NCBI GenBank assembly: GCA_950097015.1
Contig: CATNEN010000034.1
Span: 2,108,001 to 2,172,000, forward strand
Reading direction: 5' to 3'
DNA length: 64,000 bases
Source of the DNA: Macrostomum hystrix
Taxonomy: Eukaryota > Animalia > Platyhelminthes
Shown: positions 40,399 to 50,223 of the stretch, in pieces
Position numbering within the stretch: position 1 is the stretch's first letter
Layout of the letters: each line of letters begins with the position of its first letter
Program-made: the position numbers and the translations under genes
Notes under the pieces: generated by a model
Seen by the model: only the letters and a program-made list of their open reading frames with translations
Told to the model about the DNA's origin: nothing
Databases searched by the model: none

Positions 40399-42363
40399 GC
40401 CCAGCTGAAAATTATATCAACACAGGATAACAAAAATATGCAATAATATTCAATATTAACAAAAAATATTGATATGCTCACATTTTTTAAGCTGTTAAGG
40501 TATTAAAATTACATAAATTAATTATAGATAGTTGTGTTTTTCTTTATGAAAAGCAAATAAAAAACTATTTTATGTATGCACTCAGTCTCAAAGTCTGTTT
40601 ATCAAGTTTCTAAGGTAATAACTAAGGATCTTCTGCTAACAGTGTAGATAAAAAAAGAAATTAAGCATTAGCTCAGGGTTTAACTTTCATCTATCTATAG
40701 ATTCAGATATTCAGTATAATAATGATTATTCAAAAATAATGTCCTAATTCCAGACACATTGGATTACATATTAAGCCATTGCTAAGCCAATCTCATAATA
40801 TATTAGAATGTATTGCTTAAACCCCTAATGCATATTTACAATGTTATTAAGTTATTACAATAGCAATGCCTATTATATTAAATATTATAGTCCATACTAC
40901 TATATATGTGCATGATTATAATTACGATATGTTTTCTGATATAATTTTAACAACTAGACAACTGTTATAAAATGACTAGACTTCTGGTAGACTACTAGAT
41001 TTTATAGATAGGGCCTATAGGCCAGAGACAGAGGTCCTAATGACTCTAATATAAAAAATGCTAATTATGTTTATTCATGTGACAAAAATTGAAGACATAT
41101 TTCTATATTTCTCTATAAATAATATTGGGTAAAAAAGAATAGTTTGTTCAGACTTAAATAAAAAACATTTATAAAAAATTAATATACACAATTACTATAT
41201 TAGGCCTATGTACTATATAGCTACTGTTTTGCTGATTGATTTACTCTCAAATGTTTTCCCAATGACTAATGTGTTTATGTACATTGTCATTGAGTAGATT
41301 TCCCTTTAATTTTCTAGATTTCCTTGGATAATAATTTTTTTCATGCTTGAAGTACTTGTTGTTATTTGCAAGCATCAGCACTTTTGTTCTTTCCACTATA
41401 TCACTTTGACATTTATGACTGGCCACCAACATGCCCCAGAGTATATATTTTATTTTATAGCTCAAACCAATACCATTGAAGGCACCTGGGCATGCCAAGA
41501 ACCAGAACCACTGATTTAACACACATGGGCATGACATGATGGTACACATCTCATGTGATATGACCTATTATTTGAGAGCCACATTGAGGAGTAGGCCTAG
41601 GCAGTAGACCTACCACTGGCGTCACTTCTACCCAGAGAACAGCTTTAGATTTCCAAAACATGCCAAAACGTTCACCATTTTTTTACTTTGTTACTTCATG
41701 GATTTCTAGAACTTTTTGTTAACAAGTTTTTCTGCATCTTAGACAGGCTAGACTAGGCCTAAGCTAAGTAAGGCAAATGCCCATTGGAAAAAAGTTTACA
41801 ATCTGCATATCGCATCCTGTGGTGCTTTTGTTAGGTTTGCAAAGTGCAATGCATTGTGCACAAATATTCCAACATAATTTTCTAACTTAAAGTGATAAAG
41901 TGCACTAAAATTATGTTCATTTGGATTCTACAGTGCGGGTTCAAAGATTTCGAACATGAAAAAAAAGTAGGCCCATTTCTTTGGAGTGATATTATAAATG
42001 AAAAATTTCTTCCCTATGAATGAATATGACATGATAATGGAAAACTATAAGACTTTCATTGTATAGACCAACAGATACTAGGCACTAGTCGCACTACAAC
42101 CTACAAGTAAAATCAGCTCAGTTGACACACTAGTTAATCGTTCGACCGAAATTAACGGTGTTGTACGTTCAGATTTTCTTCTAATAAACAAACTATTTTA
42201 ACAAAATGTTTCCAAAACGATGACTATCTTGAAAGTTGTATGCTTGCGAGAAACTAAAAAAGTTTTAAAACAATTTAATTACCAAAACAACTACAGAATT
42301 TCCTCTAAGAACCAAGACGCGTGGTTGTGGCCCTTCGCTTATTATAAAACACAGAAGGGGCTC

Positions 42364-42456
42364 CAGTGGCGTAACCAAGGACAGATTGTGACCCCTTAGG
42401 CGCCAACCTTTTAGGGCGTGCCTTTAAACCTAAGATTGAAACTGGCTACGTCACTG
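42364..42456. mobile_element. Possible degenerate MITE (93 bp)
   Basis: Ends CAGTGGCGTAACCA and TGGCTACGTCACTG are 12/14 inverted matches. No clear TSD. Confidence 0.35.
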
Positions 42457-43037
42457 ATTCTCAGAAGCACGGCTTAAAATCAAATAAACAACTGCGTATA
42501 TTCATTCTTCTGGTTCCTTTTTATCAACTTGCTGTATATGTATGCCGTTTTTCTCATTTGCCTATATTGACTTTATCATCCTCTGATTCTGTTTTTAATG
42601 ATCTCACTAAAGCTCTTCACTGATGCTCATCGCATTTGTGTTCGAAAAACGCTACTGTGCTGTCTTTGAAATTATAATTTTAGTTAAACTTTAATTACAA
42701 TTTTAACTTGATTGTAGGCTTCATAAAATAACTGTGTCTTAAATTTTTAACTTCGTTAACCGCATTACTTTTATATTTTACCACCATTATGCTTGTCGCT
42801 GAATGGTGTGTCGCCAATTCGATTAGTCACCGACTTAGATTTCGCCGAAATGACAGGCATCCAAGGTCGTCGAGTCAAACTTTTTTTAGGATGCAAAAAT
42901 GGTGCACAGGTGTATTGAAATAATATAATTAAAAAAACTGAAAGTAAAGCAAATAAAGCACTCATAAAGTTACTAGAAATATTCCAAAAAGGAGTCAGAA
43001 TGATGTCAAAACGATTATTTTCAAATTGCAAATCTCC

Positions 43038-43318
43038 TTAAGTTCTAGAATGAGCATGTGGCGTTTTAAATTTCGGCTGCATTACTTCAACGACTACGCG
43101 CCTCTTGCAGCCGCCTTGACGCCTGCAGTCCAGCCAGTGTCGCAGGCGAAACACAGCGCAGAAGTAGCGGTGCGTCTTGAAAGCAGTCAAGAGTCGCAGC
43201 AGACGAAACGCGACTTCAAAGTCGCTGTTGCATTGCTGAAACGTTTCCGTAACGAACGCGATTAGAAAGTTCAGTAAGTTAAGGCCGACAAAGAAGAAAA
43301 AGAGTGCGTGAATGACGA
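43038..43318 (-). pseudogene. TRPV-like channel, 3' fragment (S6 helix and C-terminus) cut off by transposon insertion
   Basis: Encodes LVIHALFFFFVGLNLLNFLIAFVTETF (TRP S6 LLNxLIA motif). It joins in frame to the 57569+ fragment once the element and one TSD copy are removed. Confidence 0.88.
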
Positions 43319-43326
43319 GGACCATC

Positions 43327-46300
43327 ACTGACGTAAACCTAGCCTCATGCCATCCTCACGATATTTGAAAACAACGTGCGATGGCTGCGATACTGCCTAA
43401 AATTAGCAGATACGATGAAGACAGATATGCAATGCCTGTTTTTGCATCGATATATGCCATGGTCGTGCGTGTGAATGGCTCTAAAATATGAAAGCATGAG
43501 GATGGCGTGAGGATGGCGTGAGGATGGCTTCCCAAAGATGCACATATCAACTAATTCGTGCGATGATTTCTAAATCCTACATAGGCACGTGCCAGTAATA
43601 ACTGTGTGAAATTTCAAATCAAGGCATCAAATTCTTTGCCTTTTAGGCACGTCGGAGAAACTAAATCGGCTGAAGTATGTGGTGTCTTGCTGCGATAAAA
43701 GAACGTATTATAGGGTACATTGCGAAAGCACACATATCGCATAGCTACTCTCCTAAACTACAAAAATTCGAAAACCGCAACTTTGCGATGGCCCTAGTTG
43801 CTGAGATCGACGTCATTATACATGAACATAAAATGTCACAAATTTCTCCCCGGCGTTATCAAAATTATTCCAAGCAAACTAACAAAACATTTGCCGCTGG
43901 AGACAACAATGTCGACAAAAACTAAAGTCTAACTTAGAGTTAAAACCAAAATTAACATTAAAGATATTCGATTATATCCGAGAAGACTGCACTCAGTCTG
44001 TTGTTAGTTATTGCATCAGTTACTTCTCCCACTTTGAATGTAAGCAAGACTTGTGCAAGGACCACTCTTCTTCTAGTGGTCCTTGTACTTATGACCTAGT
44101 GTACTGAATAGTGTACTTGGACACTCATAAAGAACAAAGATTAGGCCTATACAAGCAATGTAAACAAGTCATTGACTCATTGGTTGGCAACACTGTGCAT
44201 TTTTTACCTCATTCTCAGTGCAGTAGTGTCAATTATTGGTGTGTATCAGTGCAAGCTCATTTATTGCTTACCTACATTACAATCCTACATAATTAATTAT
44301 ATTGAGCATCTACTTGCCATTCATTTCAATTGGTTCTTTCCATTGGCATTATTATACATTATAATTGAGTTCCTCATTTTTGTACATTTATATACATGGA
44401 ATCAAACAAATGGTTGACAAGTCCCATGAAATTTATAATGCCATGCAGTCGCAGATAAAGAAGAAAAAAGTATTTTACGTTTCTTGGAACATCAAATAAG
44501 GCTGATAAGATGAGATAGATGATAAGATAATATAGACTAATATTAATAATATTAATTTTCTATCTTGTCTTTAATCAACTCATTAAACTCTAACTAACTT
44601 ACTTAATATGAAATTCTTGACATCGTTCCTTCATGTTCCATACATTCTTATCTTTATTTTTGTGCTGAAAATAGGTCAGTTGTTACTATTTGTCTTTGTC
44701 TAGACTAAACATTTATTTTGCATTAACAACATGAAGTTCTTGTTCTTTTGTGTTCTATATATTCTTGTCTATATATTTGTGTTGAAAGTAGAGCACCAAT
44801 TGTTATCTGTCTAGACTAAACATCCATGGTCCATAAAGAACATGAAATTCTTGTTCCTTCATGTTCCGTCTATTCTTGTCTATATATTTGCGTTGAAAGT
44901 AGAGCACCAATTGTTATCTGTCTAGACTAAACATCCATGGTCCATAAAGAACATGAAATTCTTGTTCCTTCATGTTCCGTCTATTCTTGTCTATATATTT
45001 GCGTTGAAAGTAGAGCACCAATTGTTATCTGTCTAGACTAAAAATCCATGGTCCATAAAGAACATGAAATTCTTGTTCCTTCATGTTCCGTCTATTCTTG
45101 TCTATATATTTGCGTTGAAAGTAGAGCACCAATTGTTATCTGTCTAGACTAAACATCCATGGTCCATAAAGAACATGAAATTCTTGTTCCTTCATGTTCC
45201 GTCTATTCTTGTCTATATATTTGTGTTGAAAGTAGAGCACCAATTGTTATCTGTCTAGACTAAAAATCCATGGTCCATAAAGAACATGAAATTCTTGTTC
45301 CTTCATGTTCCGTCTATTCTTGTCTATATATTTGCGTTGAAAGTAGAGCACCAATTGTTATCTGTCTAGACTAAACATCCATGGTCCATAAAGAACATGA
45401 AATTCTTGTTCCTTCATGTTCCGTCTATTCTTGTCTATATATTTGCGTTGAAAGTAGAGCACCAATTGTTATTTGTCTAGACTAAAAATCCATGGTCCAT
45501 AAAGAACATGAAATTCTTGTTCCTTCATGTTCCGTCTATTCTTGTCTATATATTTGCGTTGAAAGTAGAGCACCAATTGTTATCTGTCTAGACTAAACAT
45601 CCATGGTCCATAAAGAACATGAAATTCTTGTTCCTTCATGTTCCGTCTATTCTTGTCTATATATTTGCGTTGAAAGTAGAGCACCAATTGTTATCTGTCT
45701 AGACTAAAAATCCATGGTCCATAAAGAACATGAAATTCTTGTTCCTTCATGTTCCGTCTATTCTTGTCTATATATTTGCGTTGAAAGTAGAGCACCAATT
45801 GTTATCTGTCTAGACTAAACATCCATGGTCCATAAAGAACATGAAATTCTTGTTCCTTCATGTTCCGTCTATTCTTGTCTATATATTTGTGTTGAAAGTA
45901 GAGCACCAATTGTTATCTGTCTAGACTAAACATCCATGGTCCATAAAGAACATGAAATTCTTGTTCCTTCATGTTCCGTCTATTCTTGTCTATATATTTG
46001 CGTTGAAAGTAGAGCACCAATTGTTATCTGTCTAGACTAAACATCCATGGTCCATAAAGAACATGAAATTCTTGTTCCTTCATGTTCCGTCTATTCTTGT
46101 CTATATATTTGCGTTGAAAGTAGAGCACCAATTGTTATCTGTCTAGACTAAACATCCATGGTCCATAAAGAACATGAAATTCTTGTTCCTTCATGTTCCG
46201 CCTATTCTTGTCTATATATTTGTGTTGAAAGTAGAGCACCAATTGTTATCTGTCTAGACTAAACATCCATGGTCCATAAAGAACATGAAATTCTTGTTCC

Positions 46301-47045
46301 TTCATGTTCCGCCTATTCTTGTCTATATATTTGTGTTGAAAGTAGAGCACCAATTGTTATCTGTCTAGACTAAACATCCATGGTCCATAAAGAACATGAA
46401 ATTCTTGTTCCTTCATGTTCCGTCTATTCTTGTCTATATATTTGCGTTGAAAGTAGAGCACCAATTGTTATCTGTCTAGACTAAACATCCATGGTCCATA
46501 AAGAACATGAAATTCTTGTTCCTTCATGTTCCGTCTATTCTTGTCTATATATTTGCGTTGAAAGTAGAGCACCAATTGTTATCTGTCTAGACTAAACATC
46601 CATGGTCCATAAAGAACATGAAATTCTTGTTCCTTCATGTTCCGTCTATTCTTGTCTATATATTTGCGTTGAAAGTAGAGCACCAATTGTTATCTGTCTA
46701 GACTAAACATCCATGGTCCATAAAGAACATGAAATTCTTGTTCCTTCATGTTCCGTCTATTCTTGTCTATATATTTGCGTTGAAAGTAGAGCACCAATTG
46801 TTATCTGTCTAGACTAAAAATCCATGGTCCATAAAGAACATGAAATTCTTGTTCCTTCATGTTCCGTCTATTCTTGTCTATATATTTGCGTTGAAAGTAG
46901 AGCACCAATTGTTATCTGTCTAGACTAAACATCCATGGTCCATAAAGAACATGAAATTCTTGTTCCTTCATGTTCCGTCTATTCTTGTCTATATATTTGC
47001 GTTGAAAGTAGAGCACCAATTGTTATCTGTCTAGACTAAACATAT
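43327..47045 (+). repeat. Left terminal inverted repeat (~1.4 kb unique plus ~20 x 111-bp array)
   Basis: Starts ACTGACGTAAACCTAGCCTCATGCCATC. The motif CATCCATGG recurs every 111 bp from 44821 to 46930. Confidence 0.95.
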
Positions 47046-47052
47046 ATTTTCT

Positions 47053-48465
47053 ATGAAGAACATGAACTATATGCTAAGTTTTCAATTTTTCCAGGCCTTC
47101 ATCAAGGACCCATATTACAAATTTGAGCCCAACGGGCCATTGCCGGATTTCATCCCTAAAGATATTGTTGTCGGCATTGAACTGTCTGCTGCCTGTGTCC
47201 GTGGTGCTGCTAGTATCCTTGGCATAAAATTTGCTAATAGCAAAATTCGAACTGTGAAAGGTACTTCATTTCAATACCTGACTGAAGATGGTAATGCACT
47301 TGCATACAGTAATGGTATAGCTATCTTTCGCACTCGAAGTATGGAAGCTGATTGCCGTCAGGATTTTTCAAAGCGGTGCAAGGCTGCAGAAGCGGGTAAG
47401 GTGTGGCTCGAAAGCAATGGATGGAAGGTTGTGGACAAGGAAATGTGTCGCCCGTCTGTTGCGGAGCACATATCAGAGGCGTTGAGGCATCTCGAATTGG
47501 CCGCATCGTTTTCGCCAGTGGAATTAATTTCTGTATTGAAAATTTCTATCGCCTGCATTCGGCAGTTGCAAGCCGAAGTTCGTGTAGCTGCAGCAGTTGG
47601 GAGTGTGGACATGCCAGCGACAGCGGGAGAACGAAAGGCGGCGGCAGCGAGGGAGCGAGAGGCGGCGAAAGAGCGAGAGCAGGTGGCGGCGAGGGAGCGA
47701 GAGGCGGCGAAAGAGCGAGAGCAGGCGGCGGCGGCTAGGGAGCGAGAGGCGGCGAAAGAGCGAGAGCAGGCGGCGGCGGCGAGAGAGCGAGAGTCGGCGA
47801 AAGAGCGAGAGCAGGTGGCGGCGAGGGAGCGAGAGGCGGCGAAAGAGCGAGAGCAGGCGGCGGCGGCGAGGGAGCGAGAGGCGGCGAAAGAGCGAGAGCA
47901 GGTGGCGGCGAGGGAGCGAGAGGCGGCGAAAGAGCGAGAGCAGGCGGCGGCGGCTAGGGAGCGAGAGGCGGCGGAAGAGCGAGAGCAGGCGGCGGCGGCG
48001 AGAGAGCGAGAGTCGGCGAAAGAGCGAGAGCAGGTGGCGGCGAGGGAGCGAGAGGCGGCGAAAGAGCGAGAGCAGGCGGCGGCGGCGAGGGAGCGAGAGG
48101 CGGCGAAAGAGCGAGAGCAGGCGGCGGCGGCGAGGGAGCGGCGAGAGGCGGCGGCGGCGAGGGAGCGAGAGGCGGTGGAAGAGCGAGAGCAGGCGGCGGC
48201 GACGAGGGAGCGGCGAGAGGCGGCGGCGGCGAGGGAGCGAGAGGCGGTGGAAGAGCGAGAGCAGGCGGCGGCGACGAGGGAGCGGCGAGAGGCGGCGGCG
48301 GCGAGGGAGCGAGAGGCGGTGGAAGAGCGAGAGCAGGCGGCGGCGGCAAAGGAGAGAGATGGAGATGAAAAGAAGAAGCGACGAAAGAGGAAGGCTGATC
48401 TGAGTGATATTACTGGTGGGACAGGTCGTAAGACTTATTTTACCAGAAGAATGGTCCAGATGTAA
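47053..48465 (+). CDS. Transposon accessory gene: unknown N-terminal domain, long E/R/A-rich helical repeat, basic NLS
   Basis: 470-codon open frame; a probable splice acceptor (TTTTTCCAG) at 47094 means the true start may be upstream. Non-repetitive ~190 aa, then AAAREREAAKEREQ repeats (about 47640-48360), then KKKRRKRK. Convergent with the transposase. Confidence 0.7.
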   Translation: MKNMNYMLSFQFFQAFIKDPYYKFEPNGPLPDFIPKDIVVGIELSAACVRGAASILGIKFANSKIRTVKGTSFQYLTEDGNALAYSNGIAIFRTRSMEADCRQDFSKRCKAAEAGKVWLESNGWKVVDKEMCRPSVAEHISEALRHLELAASFSPVELISVLKISIACIRQLQAEVRVAAAVGSVDMPATAGERKAAAAREREAAKEREQVAAREREAAKEREQAAAAREREAAKEREQAAAARERESAKEREQVAAREREAAKEREQAAAAREREAAKEREQVAAREREAAKEREQAAAAREREAAEEREQAAAARERESAKEREQVAAREREAAKEREQAAAAREREAAKEREQAAAARERREAAAAREREAVEEREQAAATRERREAAAAREREAVEEREQAAATRERREAAAAREREAVEEREQAAAAKERDGDEKKKRRKRKADLSDITGGTGRKTYFTRRMVQM

Positions 48466-48569
48466 ATTAATGCTCTTGGGTGTGCTATTATTTTCTCCTT
48501 TACCGCTTTTTGGTATTCGGCGGAACAGTTTTGAGCAGCAATCGCTATGCGAAGAACTACTTGAGCACG

Positions 48570-48635
48570 TCGCCAATAAGGATGATTATTGCTTTGCAGA
48601 CAAGACTGCTAAGCAATAATCATCCTTATTGGCGA
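48570..48635. other. Perfect 25-bp inverted repeat (66-nt hairpin)
   Basis: TCGCCAATAAGGATGATTATTGCTT (48570-48594) is the exact reverse complement of 48611-48635. An inner GCAG/CTGC pair extends the stem around a 6-nt loop. Confidence 0.9.
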
Positions 48636-50223
48636 ATAAGCGAGCGAGTAAGTTTTACATCTGGTGCCCGAGAGAGTAAATGGAATGTTTTTTGTGTGTG
48701 CTGTCGACAAATTTGCTGGTTGACATTGTCGTTTTCTAATGTTAAGATGTTTGCTGTCTGTAGTAATGTCGAAGGACCACAGCTAATACGAGAATCTATA
48801 ACTGCAATTGACGTCACCTCTTAGTACGCTTGCAATTCTGTCTTCTATGGAAATGCATTTTAATTTTTTCTATCGTAATCTGTTACTTATGCTGCATGGC
48901 AAGAAGAATACAACTTTTTTCATCGCATGGCATAAAAAGTCTGCTGTTATAACGCGTATTCTGCAAGTTGGTCTTGCAACTTTTCAGTTCGGCAAAAGCC
49001 TTTAAAGGGAAATATGAATTTTAATTTTTTTCTTATTTTGAACCAGCTTTAACTGGACAAAATGCAGCTCGTCGCACAAAATAGAAAACTTTAACCCTCC
49101 GAAACTGTACATGTAGCACACAAAAATTAAAACGAAACTCGTTCATGAGTAAACTGAAAGCGAGAATAAGAAGTATATTATTTTGAGTATACTAAAAGGG
49201 CAAAATGAAAACAACGAATTGCGCGACCAAAAAGTACATAAACGCTCAATTCTGCTGTCTGCTGGGCTGGGCGCCATTGCCCACATAAAAGTATAGAAGC
49301 GTAGAAGACATACATTGCCATTTCGACAACGACATAAACACTGCAAATGCGTTAGTATGAGGAGCAGCACAAATGAGCATATCAGGGTGCGAATGTGCTA
49401 CAAATGTAGAAATGCAACGTTAGCTAGAGTCATAAGAATTGGATAGCTGGGTTAACATAAGCAGACCACATCAAAAGAGAACAAGTTGAAGGACTATTTA
49501 CGGTGTTTTTACGGTATAGGACGGTACTATATTAGGAATTGGAGAACGCCGGCTAGGTTAGAAACGAGTACACTAAGATCTTAAAAGCGTCGCATCTGCA
49601 AGAAGGGAGTAGATGCAGGGTAGGGAAGAAGAGGTGATCCGTAATTTCTCCATTGTTAATTTCTACACTATTTGAGAGGGATTGGATATTTACAACAAAT
49701 TTCTTTATCATCCATATCATCCATCATCAATTGGCTCTGTGACGAAAAACAACATGGACAAAATATTCTCATTATCATGTTCAAAAAGCGGGCAACACTT
49801 CCTCAGTGCGTTTTTGCCATGTGACACCCATGCGGAAAAAACACTATCAGCAGTATATATCCTGATGCATGAATCAAACATAAAAACAATGACTTTAAAA
49901 TGCCCAAATACTCGAGTGCAAGGTCAAGAACAAGCCCATAGTATTATTATTGCTATTGGCAACTGACTACAATTGGCAAAAATTTGAAAGAGACCTAAAA
50001 ATCTGCAGATCGTCGAGATCTGAAAATTGGCGACAAACAAAATAATATCTGCAATCATTTGCCAACTCTTCTCGTCGTGCATTTGTGCGCTCTGTCGCTC
50101 TACACATCACCCCACACAAAAATGGTTGGTACTATATACTCGTAACATGAAATATTCTGTTGCCCTAAACTTCTGCAAACTACAAGCAGAAAATTTAACA
50201 CCATGTCCTTGAGGCATAGACCA

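Noticed and set aside
42771-43031. 86-aa hydrophobic ORF downstream of the TRPV stop
   Set aside because: TTG start, AT-rich and no motif; probably 3' flank.
43345-44417. Short ORFs duplicated in both arms
   Set aside because: No recognisable motifs and mostly non-ATG starts. They are useful only as evidence of arm identity.
44750-47045. Regular arrays (111-bp, 41-bp, 32-bp) as CRISPR-like loci
   Set aside because: Units are contiguous with no unique spacers, no cas genes are present, and the context is eukaryotic.
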